Shown here piece after piece: positions 54,706-64,000 of a DNA stretch of 64,000 bases (position 1 is the stretch's first letter; the number at the start of each line of letters is the position of its first letter). Location of the stretch: contig CP066684.1 of NCBI GenBank assembly GCA_016432325.1, forward strand, positions 265,018 through 329,017, written 5' to 3'. A program made the position numbers and the translations under genes. The notes beneath the pieces were generated by a model. That model was not told the origin of the DNA. It ran no database searches and saw only the letters and a list, made by a program, of their open reading frames with translations. This stretch comes from Candidatus Aenigmatarchaeota archaeon (GTDB lineage Archaea; Aenigmatarchaeota; Aenigmatarchaeia; PWEA01; JACQIF01).

Positions 54706-56085
54706 TTACCGCAGCCAACCCCGCAAAGCGTTGATAAACGACTCCCAGACTCCGGTCTTCTTGGCCGGCGCGGGCAGAGGAGTTTTATATTCGGCAAAAT
54801 CGTCCTGCTCGCTTCTTTTAGGCTCTTCCTGCGTTTCGGTTATGTTGCTGTCCTCGTAAACGAAAACGCTCTTCGACGCGTCGTACGTCTTGTTTCCGTC
54901 TTTGAGTCTTACGACAAGAACCAACTCGCCGGTCTTGACTGGCGTATTGAAGAGTTCCGCATAAGTGATTTCTGTCGCGTTTATCTTTCGCACGTTTCCT
55001 TTCCAGCCTCCGGACGAGGCCACGGACTTGCCGTCGCGCAGGTAAGAGTATATCTCGAACGCGCCAGATCCCATCGCAACTATCTTAACCGTGATGTTTG
55101 AACCGAGAGTTGCGTTTTCCGGCGCATCAACTACGTAAACCTTGGGTTCTGCGTTCTCGGTCTCTTGCTCGTCTGCACCGCTTACATCACAATCCTCTCC
55201 TGCGCCGTAGAGTTCCAGAAATACGTCCGCGGTCTCTATCTCGTCTCCTTGCGCGTCGGCGAGCCTCACGCGCACCCTGTACTGGCCGTCCTCGTACTGG
55301 CTGTCGCAGTTGTCTTTCGTTCTGAACGGCACAAGCGCGTTCCCGTTCGTCTGGACGAAGACGCTCGTGGGTCCATCGAACCCCGCTGCGCCGGAATCCA
55401 TAAGAACTTTTTTCGGATATCCGTACGCGTATACGTACGAAGGCGTGGTCTGCACGTCAACGCCAATGAAACCGTTGGAACCGAATGCGAACTTCTTCGG
55501 ATACGATAGGACGTTCAGAGGATTTGGCTTGTCGAGACTGTCCTGCGTATCGTTTGCGATGGTCGCGTTACTGCTATTGTTCACCACTGCGATCGACACG
55601 CTAGCAAACCCGGGCGTCGAAGCGCAGACCGTCCACGTCGAGTTCAGAAAACAGAACGTCTGGCCTTCCGGAGTTTCGTTGTAAGCCAAACTCGCGTTGT
55701 ACGTCGCGTTCTTCAGGACCAGCAGTTCTCCCGCATTGGACAGAGAGAACGCAGAGTCGAACAGCGTTCCGTTAAATCCGCTTTCGTTCGCGAACGCCGC
55801 CGCGTCGTCGGCTATTATGAAATATGCGCCGGAAGGAACGGTCTCATTGCCTCTAAAAAGGCTCAACTTGTGCTCGACGCCGTTTTCGACGAGCTTCCAT
55901 CCGGTCATGTCTGTTTCTTCTTCCGCGTAGAACTCCACCCATTCTCTCCCGTCGTCCGCTCCAAGGGGGTTGGCCGCGACTTCGCTGAAGAGAACGGCTG
56001 TAGCGGCGGCGGGAAGCAATGCCAGTGCCAGGGTCAAGAAGACGAAAAGCTGTTGCATCCCACCACCATGCCTAGATGCACGCAC
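54706..56085 (-). CDS. Secreted protein with an N-terminal lamin-tail-domain (LTD)-like module
   Basis: Signal peptide; LFSEVAANPLGADDGREWVEFYA...DMTGWKL, typical of an LTD. Confidence 0.45.
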   Translation of the reverse strand: MRASRHGGGMQQLFVFLTLALALLPAAATAVLFSEVAANPLGADDGREWVEFYAEEETDMTGWKLVENGVEHKLSLFRGNETVPSGAYFIIADDAAAFANESGFNGTLFDSAFSLSNAGELLVLKNATYNASLAYNETPEGQTFCFLNSTWTVCASTPGFASVSIAVVNNSSNATIANDTQDSLDKPNPLNVLSYPKKFAFGSNGFIGVDVQTTPSYVYAYGYPKKVLMDSGAAGFDGPTSVFVQTNGNALVPFRTKDNCDSQYEDGQYRVRVRLADAQGDEIETADVFLELYGAGEDCDVSGADEQETENAEPKVYVVDAPENATLGSNITVKIVAMGSGAFEIYSYLRDGKSVASSGGWKGNVRKINATEITYAELFNTPVKTGELVLVVRLKDGNKTYDASKSVFVYEDSNITETQEEPKRSEQDDFAEYKTPLPAPAKKTGVWESFINALRGWLR

Positions 56086-56341
56086 CGAAGGTCAAGCTTT
56101 TTCGACCACCGCGGTGGTGATGGATTCGTAACCACCGGCGGTGGTAAGGAACGCTTAAATACATCGCATGTGCACAGAGCATGCAAAGAAACCGTTTGGG
56201 CATGGGAACAGTCCTGATTCTCGAACGGATATGAGATGAGCCAGAACAAGTTTCCGGCTCAGAAAACATAGAGGTAAGCCAGAAATCGTCGAAACTGATG
56301 TTTCGAATTTCTGGTTCGGCAAACAATGAGGTGAACCAAAA

Positions 56342-56644
56342 ATGGTAGAATTTGAAACTATAATGGCCAGAGACGTACGCTTTGGGAACAACGACACCAA
56401 CTTCATAGAAGTCGCGAAGAAGAAGGCCATAACAGAGGAAGGAGAGAACGTATTCTTCTCTCTCGCGCGGGGCTTCATAACGCCGGAAGGCGAGAAACGC
56501 TACAAGAAGAACTTCTCGATACCGGCGGACGGCAAGACGCTCGACGCCATCGTAGTCGCGCTCAAGGAGGTTTCCGAAGGCAGCTCAGGCGAAGCTCCCG
56601 CGGAACCGGCGGCCGAATCTGCGGACATAGAGGACGAGGAGTAG
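56342..56644 (+). CDS. Small protein resembling the PC4/YdbC ssDNA-binding fold, with an acidic C-terminal tail
   Basis: VRFGNNDTNFIEV...GENVFFSLARGFITPEGEKRYKKNFSIP pattern; acidic tail. Confidence 0.3.
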   Translation: MVEFETIMARDVRFGNNDTNFIEVAKKKAITEEGENVFFSLARGFITPEGEKRYKKNFSIPADGKTLDAIVVALKEVSEGSSGEAPAEPAAESADIEDEE

Positions 56645-56647
56645 AGG

Positions 56648-56977
56648 CTAGTCCCTCTTTCCTTTCTTGTGCCTCGCGTCTTCCCCGCTCCAGTCTTCAG
56701 GAGGAGCAAGCAGTCTGAAAACCGCAGCGCCGTCAAACTTCACTTCGTATGCGAACTCTTTGGGCTTGCCTCCCTCGTAGACAATCGTTCGCTCTGCTTG
56801 TTCCACAAGACCCCTCCCCGCAAGCTCGTCGATACCATTCTCTATGTACAGGTTGTGCGACGAACCTGGACTGGACTCAAATTTTATAGGTCCCTTGGAA
56901 CCTTCCTTCATAACCTGCCAAGCCGCTAGGCCCACGCCTTCCGGTCTTCCTGTCCAATATCCTTTGTTTCTTACCAT
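56648..56977 (-). CDS. Hypothetical protein (109 aa)
   Basis: ORF only. Confidence 0.25.
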   Translation of the reverse strand: MVRNKGYWTGRPEGVGLAAWQVMKEGSKGPIKFESSPGSSHNLYIENGIDELAGRGLVEQAERTIVYEGGKPKEFAYEVKFDGAAVFRLLAPPEDWSGEDARHKKGKRD

Positions 56978-57260
56978 TCCTTCATCACCTCAAACTATCT
57001 CGTATTCTCTCGTCTCGATTCTCTCTGGCATTACGTCCTTCACGACTGCAACGCCCTCGTAACAGAGCATCGCGTCCGCGCGCTCCCCCGCGTCCCTCTG
57101 GCGCCTGCGCTTTTCCGCAAGCCTTTGTCTCCACGCATAGTCCCGTGTCCACATATTTCATCACCTAACCGTGGTAATGCATGCGCGTCTATTAATTGCC
57201 TTCGGTTCAAAAACGCGTGAAATACGGTCTTTTTATACATATTCCGCGTAAAACACGTGT

Positions 57261-57794
57261 ATGGAGAAGCAATCCTTCGAAGAGGTTCGCAAACGGAAAG
57301 AGATGCACCTAAAATACGGGAAAATCTACGATTTCGACGAATATGATAAAAAACTCATGCGCGCGCTATTCGACAACGCGAGAAAGAGTCTGGCCGAGTT
57401 ATCCAAGGAAGTTGGTCTGTCAAGAGATGCGATACGCAATCGTATAACGAAGATGATGAAAGCGGAAGTCATCGAAACGTTTAGGCCAGTCGTCAACTCC
57501 CCAATAATGGGATTTCCGATTACTAACTACGTTTTCATTGCAATACAGAATCCCACAGTGGAGCTGGAAGAAAGGCTTGTCGCATATGTTCGCGCCCACC
57601 CTCTGATCACCTACATGGGAACGTTGATAGGAAAATGGGACTATGTTCTGTACGTACAGTGCAGAAATCCAGGAGAGTTCAACGTCGTGATGAAGACTCT
57701 TCGACAGAAGTTCCCAGATATAAAAGACTATGATGTTTACGGTGTTCTTGATGAAGTCAAATACTATTACGAGGGAGAGTTACTTTACTCTTAA
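57261..57794 (+). CDS. Lrp/AsnC-family transcriptional regulator
   Basis: HTH MRALFDNARKSLAELSKEVGLSRDAIRNRITKM plus a C-terminal RAM domain. Confidence 0.7.
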   Translation: MEKQSFEEVRKRKEMHLKYGKIYDFDEYDKKLMRALFDNARKSLAELSKEVGLSRDAIRNRITKMMKAEVIETFRPVVNSPIMGFPITNYVFIAIQNPTVELEERLVAYVRAHPLITYMGTLIGKWDYVLYVQCRNPGEFNVVMKTLRQKFPDIKDYDVYGVLDEVKYYYEGELLYS

Positions 57795-57804
57795 AAGTGG
57801 TGCC

Positions 57805-58989
57805 ATGAACTTCCGTTCCATAATATCCGAGCGCGAACGCAACCTGCCCGGAACGATGATAGGGAGGCTGCTGCGCATGGCCGAGGAGTCGCGCAGCGTC
57901 ATCTCTCTTGGGCCCGGCGAACCGGACTTCTGCGCGCCCATGTACGTCATAGACGCCATGAAGCGCGCCGTATCGACGTGCGAGACTCACTACTCGCCCA
58001 CGTCCGGCCGCAAAGAACTCAAGGAGGCGATTGTTCGCAAACTCAAGCGCGAGAACAAAATCGACGCGTCTCCGGAGAACGTCATAGTCACGAACGGCTC
58101 GACAGAAGCGATAATGCTTTCTCTGATGTGCCTAGTGGATCCCGGGGAAGAGGTTCTCGTGCCCGATCCGGGCTTTCTGGGATACATTCCTACAATAGAA
58201 CTGCTCAACGGTTTCGCCGTTTCCGTGCCTCTGCGCCAGAGCGAGAACTTCCAGATGACCGGCGACGCGATACGCGCGCAGATAGTCAATCCCAAGAAGC
58301 TGCGGGCCATCATAATCAACACACCCGGCAATCCGACAGGAACGGTCCTGAAGAAACGCGCGCTGGAAGAGATTGCTGACGTAGCGATAGAGTACAACGT
58401 TCCCATACTCTCAGACGAAGCATACGAACGCTTCGTCTACGGGAGCGCGAAGCACGTCTCAATTGCCAGCCTGAACGGCATGGAAGACTACGTCGTCACG
58501 TTCCAGTCCTTCTCCAAGACGTTCGCGATGCCTGGCTTCCGTATCGGCTACGCCGTGGGACCGAAACCGCTGATCGAGGCCATGTCAAAATTGCACATCT
58601 ACACCACGCTCTGCGCTCCTACCCCTTCGCAGATGGCCGCGACTGTCGCGCTCAACGACACCAAGAATGCCAAGAAGAGCGTTGGGGCGATGGTCATGGA
58701 GTACGCGCGACGCAGGCGGCTCATTCTGAAGAGGCTTCGCGAGATAAAAGGCTTCCGCGTCGACAATCCTGAGGGAGCGTTCTACCTGTTCCCGTCGTTC
58801 CAATTCAAGAAACGGATGACGTCCGCAGAACTCGTCGAATGGATGATACGCAACGCGCGCGTCTCTGCCGTCCCGGGCTCGGAGTTCGGCCGCTACGGAG
58901 AAGGTTACGTTCGCTTCTCTTACGCGACCGCGTACGACCTCATCGAAAAGGCGATGGACAGGCTGGAAAGCGCGGCGAAGAAGATGTGA
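57805..58989 (+). CDS. Class I/II PLP-dependent aminotransferase (aspartate aminotransferase family)
   Basis: FSKTFAMPGFRIGY lysine region; fold-type I patterns. Confidence 0.7.
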   Translation: MNFRSIISERERNLPGTMIGRLLRMAEESRSVISLGPGEPDFCAPMYVIDAMKRAVSTCETHYSPTSGRKELKEAIVRKLKRENKIDASPENVIVTNGSTEAIMLSLMCLVDPGEEVLVPDPGFLGYIPTIELLNGFAVSVPLRQSENFQMTGDAIRAQIVNPKKLRAIIINTPGNPTGTVLKKRALEEIADVAIEYNVPILSDEAYERFVYGSAKHVSIASLNGMEDYVVTFQSFSKTFAMPGFRIGYAVGPKPLIEAMSKLHIYTTLCAPTPSQMAATVALNDTKNAKKSVGAMVMEYARRRRLILKRLREIKGFRVDNPEGAFYLFPSFQFKKRMTSAELVEWMIRNARVSAVPGSEFGRYGEGYVRFSYATAYDLIEKAMDRLESAAKKM

Positions 58990-59031
58990 TGTTACCATCA
59001 CGTTTAAGTAGTTAACGGTCCTTCTTTTATC

Positions 59032-60267
59032 ATGAAAAGGCTTACAGATAAGGCCGGTCGCGTAAATCAGGATTCGCTTGTACTAGTCCATGCTACGAAA
59101 TATTTCCCCGGAGCATCCGAGAAGGATCTGTTCGAAGGGGCGAAACTGGCCGGACGGCCCGGCTACCTGCGACCTTCTGTCAAATATACACAACACGGCA
59201 TTCTACCCACGTTCGATTTCGATTCCTATTTTTATAAACATCCGAGAGCCGTGCTGCATTTCGAACTCAACGATCTCCCGAAAGATATGGAAATGGTAGG
59301 CTCCATCTACAACCGTTCCAAACGAGATTGGGATAAAGAGAACTTTGCGGTCATCATACCACATAGGCACCTAGCGCAATCCACCGACGGGTTTCCCGAA
59401 GATCCAGTTCCAACGAGTAGACAAATACTACAGATACACCCGCACGACACGCTGGTATTGGGCGACGTATCTCTGTTGCATCATACGCCGTACGCGCCGG
59501 ATCCCGTTGTTCTGGCCAGAGAGGGGACCGAGGACGATTTGGAGGCCTACTTGAAAAAATATATCGAACCCGAACATCTGGAGTTTGAGAAAGATGGCGA
59601 CTCTTTCGTCATATCCGAACGCGGGGGCGGCAAATTTACGGTCAAGACGCTCCCGAAGGACGTCTCTCTGAGAGAGGCAACGAGAGAAACGATAAGAAAG
59701 ATGGGGTATCCGGTCGTTGAGGCGCGTGGCTACGCTAGGGCGAGCCCGTGGGTCGAAGTGACGAAGGAAGGCGAGATCGACCGAAACAATCCAAAGGCAT
59801 TCGGGAAAGTCCCATACAAATACGGAATGTATGAGGATACCGACTGGTTCAAGCTCGAATTCTCTGCGAGCCAGCTTCATCGTTTCAAAGTCGGCAGAAG
59901 CACATATCCGCAAACCCCGTATAACCCACTGGTAGTCGGCAAATTCGTGGAATATCACAAAGAGTCTATAATGGGAGCAGTAAATTCTCTCATTGACCAG
60001 TCCCGAAAGTCAAACGCACCATTTTTCGCGCATTATGCAGGCGATGTCTCAAAGATCGCTCTTGATGAACTGACAGCAGCTCTAAGCATTGAACGAATGA
60101 ACGCCGAGGAGTTCGAGGCCTCTAAGAGAAATAAGGAAACTCGCCATCGAGAAGTAGTCGGTGGAAGTCTGTTTCAGGCCCTCCAACGAAGGGAAAGAGA
60201 TATAGAAAAGCAAGCTAAGAAAACAGACGACGGCGGAAAAATAGTCTTCGTGGACCAGCTCTACTAG
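59032..60267 (+). CDS. Hypothetical protein (411 aa)
   Basis: ORF only. Confidence 0.3.
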   Translation: MKRLTDKAGRVNQDSLVLVHATKYFPGASEKDLFEGAKLAGRPGYLRPSVKYTQHGILPTFDFDSYFYKHPRAVLHFELNDLPKDMEMVGSIYNRSKRDWDKENFAVIIPHRHLAQSTDGFPEDPVPTSRQILQIHPHDTLVLGDVSLLHHTPYAPDPVVLAREGTEDDLEAYLKKYIEPEHLEFEKDGDSFVISERGGGKFTVKTLPKDVSLREATRETIRKMGYPVVEARGYARASPWVEVTKEGEIDRNNPKAFGKVPYKYGMYEDTDWFKLEFSASQLHRFKVGRSTYPQTPYNPLVVGKFVEYHKESIMGAVNSLIDQSRKSNAPFFAHYAGDVSKIALDELTAALSIERMNAEEFEASKRNKETRHREVVGGSLFQALQRRERDIEKQAKKTDDGGKIVFVDQLY

Positions 60268-60268
60268 A

Positions 60269-61942
60269 TCACTCCTTCACCATGCGTTCCACGAGCTTGC
60301 CATAGAACGGCCTTGTTATCAGGATTCCTATGAGCACGCCGAAGATTGTCGTGACTGCGAAGCCGCGCATCACGCCGATTCCTATGAACCCAAGAGGTAT
60401 CATCGCCGCGATTATCGTCGCCGCCGCGCCAAATACTATGAAGAACGCCCTCTTGACGCGCTCCTTGGCCGTGAAGTGCTCCTTGCGCAGCGCCTCGTCG
60501 GCGATGACTATCTGGTCGTTCACGCCCGTTCCTATCGAAGCGATTATCCCGGCTATCGCGGCGAGGTCTATGGTCCACTTTATCGCCGCTGCCAAGCCGA
60601 GAATCATTATTATTTCAGACAGGGCTATGAGAAGCATCGGAAGCGCGATGTCGATGCGCCTGTATCTGAGGTAAACGATAGCAACCACTCCGATGAACGC
60701 CAATACGCCCGCTGTCGATACGGACGCGAGGAACTGCTTGCCCAATGTGGGCGAAACCGTATCCGTGCGCACGGGCTTCAACGGAACGGGCAGGGCGCCT
60801 GACTTGAGGACGGTCTGGAGCTGCTTCATCTCCTGCAAAGCAGCCTCTTCGGTTTCCCTGCCGCCTGTTATGCTTACAGAATTTACAACGTCTCCGCGCA
60901 AGCCGCACGTTATCCTTAGCGAGCTGACCAGCTCGCGGTCAAGATATAGCTCTATGGGCTTCTCAAGGACGCAGTCATCCGGTCTCTGCAAATCCGTAAT
61001 CTCTGCAAGGTCCGCGGTAACGCCTGCGAACCGCTGGGCGCCCGAATCAGAAACGATTATGCCGAATGAGAACTCGTAGAAGTTCCCTCTCTTCACCACG
61101 TACGCGTTTGACGCGTCCGTGTGAACGTACTTTATGTCGTCCCCTGTAAAGACGCGCACCGCCAGTTGGGCAGACTCATTAGTGACGTTGCGAACTTCGA
61201 ACGTGAGGCCGCCTGCTTCGAATGTCTGGTTGGCGCCGTACGTTTTTCCTTCGAATGCGATGGACGCGTTGTCCTTGAATGCTATGGTGTAGTTCTCTCC
61301 TCCGATGCCGAGGACGCCGCTGTCATCAAACCACTCGACTTCGCGCGGCACGAACGCCTCGAACTTGCCCTGACGGTTGAGAACCGTTTCGATATCGCTC
61401 AGCGTGCCTTCCGTGGTTTCGACCTGTATGTACGTCAACCCTCCGATGTCCTTCACCGGCCTTATAGGGATTTCGCGCAGGCCGTAGATGTTGGTGCGGG
61501 TCTCAAGAGTTGTTATCGTCTGTTCCGCTATGGCGTCCCTGTCTTCGGCAGTCGCGTCTTCAGGATACTGCGGCTCGAGCAGGACGCGCGTGCCTCCTAT
61601 CAGGTCCATTCCAAGAGCCAGATTCGACGTTCCGACAGGCGCAACCTCAACGCCGAGGCCGCCTCCTTCCACATTCACAAGGCTTATCCTGCCGCCGTGA
61701 ACGACGCGCATCACGCCAGTGTAGTTCTCCCATTTCTCCAGGTCGGCCGGCGCGTATATCGGCTGCTCGTTTATCGCCTGCAGCCCCTCGCCCGGCGTCA
61801 CGTACGGCGCAAGAGGGGAGTCCGCATCGACATGCGCAACGACGACGCCGGTTTTCCACGGAGCGTAGCCTATCGACGCGATGCTTAGCAAGAGCGCGAA
61901 CGCGAACAGCCAGAAACGCCATTCCCTAAGAAGATGTCTCAT
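60269..61942 (-). CDS. secD: Protein-export membrane protein SecD
   Basis: 557 aa; N-terminal TM, large periplasmic-type domain, C-terminal 5-6 TM bundle. Confidence 0.75.
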   Translation of the reverse strand: MRHLLREWRFWLFAFALLLSIASIGYAPWKTGVVVAHVDADSPLAPYVTPGEGLQAINEQPIYAPADLEKWENYTGVMRVVHGGRISLVNVEGGGLGVEVAPVGTSNLALGMDLIGGTRVLLEPQYPEDATAEDRDAIAEQTITTLETRTNIYGLREIPIRPVKDIGGLTYIQVETTEGTLSDIETVLNRQGKFEAFVPREVEWFDDSGVLGIGGENYTIAFKDNASIAFEGKTYGANQTFEAGGLTFEVRNVTNESAQLAVRVFTGDDIKYVHTDASNAYVVKRGNFYEFSFGIIVSDSGAQRFAGVTADLAEITDLQRPDDCVLEKPIELYLDRELVSSLRITCGLRGDVVNSVSITGGRETEEAALQEMKQLQTVLKSGALPVPLKPVRTDTVSPTLGKQFLASVSTAGVLAFIGVVAIVYLRYRRIDIALPMLLIALSEIIMILGLAAAIKWTIDLAAIAGIIASIGTGVNDQIVIADEALRKEHFTAKERVKRAFFIVFGAAATIIAAMIPLGFIGIGVMRGFAVTTIFGVLIGILITRPFYGKLVERMVKE

Positions 61943-61979
61943 TGCTTACCGACCCCGTAAGTCTGAAACGCCTCGTGTT

Positions 61980-62852
61980 TCATTCGTGCGCACCTCTCTT
62001 TTCCATCCACCAACGCAGTATGCCGGCGTTCATCAGGTACGTCGCCGGAATGTCCAAAATCAGCGCGATGATCAGAACGGCCGCGATGTCGCTTATGACA
62101 GGCGTTGAGGACGTCGCATACATGGCTATCAACGCCACGAGAGCCGTCAGCGTCATTGTCAGTCCGGTCTTCATGGCGCCTATGACGCGTCCTGTGACAG
62201 GGCCGCTGCCCCTGAGCACTCGCGCGGTCAGAAGGATGTCAGTGTCCACGGAATATCCTATTATGAGCATGATGGCGGCAAAACCGGCAAGAGACATCTC
62301 TATGCCCAGCAGCTGCATCATCGCGATGGTTCCAAGAACGTCAGTAACGGCGGCCTGTATGACGGCTATCGAAGGAATGAAAGTACGGAAGGCCAGGAAC
62401 ACGACAAAAGCCATGAAGACGAACGCCACAAAGAAGGCGAGCTGGCTCTGTCTCCAAAAGGCCTCGCCGAGCGCAGGGCCCACCTGCTGCGTGGAAGAGT
62501 CCTTGACAGTTATTCCTTCCTCGGCCAGCGTGTCCATCACGCCTTTCACGTCGACGCCTGCCGGAACAGAAATCAGCAGAGCCTTCCCTCCGACTCCGCC
62601 CAGCTCGCGCACGCTCACGTCGCCGAACTGCGTCTCAAGATGCTTTTGCAGGGACCCAATGTCCGGTTCGCCCTCTATGGAGACCGTAATCTGAGTGCCT
62701 CCCTTGAGATCGGCCGAACGCTCGAACCATTCGCCTGTCGTCTGGTGGTTGTAGGCGAGCAGCCCGACAGAGAGGAAAAGCATTGCGAGAGGTATGAGCA
62801 TCAACATCTTGTAGTTTGCGCGGCCGTACAGCTCGGCGAAGTTCATCAGCAT
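61980..62852 (-). CDS. secF: Protein-export membrane protein SecF
   Basis: 290 aa; SecF-type TM bundle; sits directly downstream of secD. Confidence 0.75.
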   Translation of the reverse strand: MLMNFAELYGRANYKMLMLIPLAMLFLSVGLLAYNHQTTGEWFERSADLKGGTQITVSIEGEPDIGSLQKHLETQFGDVSVRELGGVGGKALLISVPAGVDVKGVMDTLAEEGITVKDSSTQQVGPALGEAFWRQSQLAFFVAFVFMAFVVFLAFRTFIPSIAVIQAAVTDVLGTIAMMQLLGIEMSLAGFAAIMLIIGYSVDTDILLTARVLRGSGPVTGRVIGAMKTGLTMTLTALVALIAMYATSSTPVISDIAAVLIIALILDIPATYLMNAGILRWWMEKRGAHE

Positions 62853-62956
62853 CCCACGGGCAGAGGTGTGGGTGTGCGTATATAAAACACGTTATAAAGT
62901 TCGCGGGTGGGCAGGAACTATATAAAGGGTCGCGGAGAGTCCGTAAAGGGGATTCG

Positions 62957-64000
62957 GTGTACGATCTGATTGTCGTGGGCGCGGGCCCGTCCGGCTCGCA
63001 ACTGGCGTGGCGTTTCGCGCAGAATGGCAAGCGCGTACTCATTCTGGAAGAGCACGGCGTTGTCGGACGTCCTGTCGCGTGTTCCGGACACGTCTCCACA
63101 AAGATATGGGACACCATACCGTACAATGAAGATATCGTGGAAAACAAGATTCGCGCGGGCGTTTTGCACGTGGGCGCGCGTTCATACGAGTTCCGCAAAA
63201 AAGACGTCGTTTCGTACGTACTTTGCCGCGAGCGCCTGGACAAATATGTGCACGGACTGGCGTCCGAAGCAGGAGCCGAAACGATGCTCAACACGCGGTT
63301 GACGGGCTTCACCCATCATAAGGATAACGTCGATGTCCACGTATACAATACGCAGACCAAGCAGAAGCAGACGATACGAACGAAGATGCTGGCCGGCTGC
63401 GACGGTCCTGCGTCCGCGGTGCGCCGCACGCTGGGACTGCCTGACCCGAAGATGCTGCACGGCGTGTTCTGTTACGTGAACGCGCGCGATGCAAGCGACG
63501 CAGTGGAGCTGTGGTTCGACATTCCGAAGTTCTTCTCGTGGAAAATCCCGCGCGGCGCGTCCGTCGAATACGGGCTGGCCGTCGAGAAAGGCAGCGCAAA
63601 GGCGTATTTCGAACGCCTCCTCAAACAGCAAAACGTAAAGCCATCGGCTTTGCACGCGGGCCTGATTCCATACGGGCTGCTGAAGCGCGTCTCGAAGGGT
63701 CGCGTGTTCCTGTGCGGGGACGCCGCGTCGCAGGTCAAGCCGTTCACAGGAGGTGGAATCGTCTATGGAATGACGTGCGCGAAGATCGCATCTGAAACAA
63801 TAGACGTCGACGCGCCCGAGACGCTGCGGGCATACGAACGCGCATGGAGGCGCGAACTGGGCAAGGAAATAGTCGCGGGCTCGGTCTTGAAAGGAGTATA
63901 TTCCACGCCTCTGATGCAGCCTCTCGTGTACTTTGCATCGAAACTGGACGCCGAACGGCTTCACATGGACATGCCGACGACTCTGGTGAAACCGCTGCGA
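62957..64000 (+). CDS. Geranylgeranyl reductase family FAD-dependent oxidoreductase (partial, runs off the window end)
   Basis: GTG start; YDLIVVGAGPSGSQLAWRFAQNGKRVLILEEHG; CGDAASQVKPFTGGG; open to position 64000. Confidence 0.7.
   Translation, partial: MYDLIVVGAGPSGSQLAWRFAQNGKRVLILEEHGVVGRPVACSGHVSTKIWDTIPYNEDIVENKIRAGVLHVGARSYEFRKKDVVSYVLCRERLDKYVHGLASEAGAETMLNTRLTGFTHHKDNVDVHVYNTQTKQKQTIRTKMLAGCDGPASAVRRTLGLPDPKMLHGVFCYVNARDASDAVELWFDIPKFFSWKIPRGASVEYGLAVEKGSAKAYFERLLKQQNVKPSALHAGLIPYGLLKRVSKGRVFLCGDAASQVKPFTGGGIVYGMTCAKIASETIDVDAPETLRAYERAWRRELGKEIVAGSVLKGVYSTPLMQPLVYFASKLDAERLHMDMPTTLVKPLR

Noticed and set aside
1-64000. CRISPR array or cas genes
   Set aside because: No run of regularly spaced identical 24-40-bp repeats was seen. 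The recurring palindromes are isolated single copies in separate intergenic regions.

Overview
This 64-kb window appears to come from a high-GC (~57-60%) archaeal chromosome. The archaeal assignment rests on an archaeal-type PGK, an ADP-forming acetyl-CoA synthetase alpha subunit, HTH_10/RHH/wHTH regulators, a geranylgeranyl reductase, SecDF and an Lhr helicase. No rRNA, CRISPR array or confident tRNA was found.

The window contains, in order:
- A translationally coupled exopolysaccharide/surface-protein operon (GT2 synthase - GH hydrolase - surface protein).
- Repair and housekeeping genes: HhH-GPD DNA glycosylase (AlkA-like), ThpR/LigT, PGK, MsrB and a HicAB toxin-antitoxin pair.
- A ~13-kb putatively integrated element at ~12.3-25.3 kb, carrying a tyrosine integrase, a P-loop replication-type ATPase and RHH/wHTH/HTH_10 regulators. 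It holds two AT-rich cassettes: a wHTH-HEPN operon, and a 6.5-kb island with a Type IIG restriction-modification enzyme plus two translationally coupled genes of unknown function. Copies of a 17-bp perfect palindrome sit at the cassette edges.
- Downstream chromosomal genes:
  - Nudix, a DEAD-box helicase, TtuB/TtuA tRNA thiolation, Tmk, a tandem-duplicated ThyX-like gene and ACD alpha.
  - A GTPase neighbourhood and two MBL-fold hydrolases.
  - A nucleotide-reduction cluster: NrdR with tandem NrdR boxes, two class II RNRs and a PduO adenosyltransferase.
  - Endonuclease III, ThiI, Lhr, an LTD-domain secreted protein, Lrp/AsnC, an aminotransferase, SecDF and a geranylgeranyl reductase (partial).

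Several families of short palindromic repeats recur in intergenic regions. Most long ORFs antisense to the genes above are high-GC artefacts.
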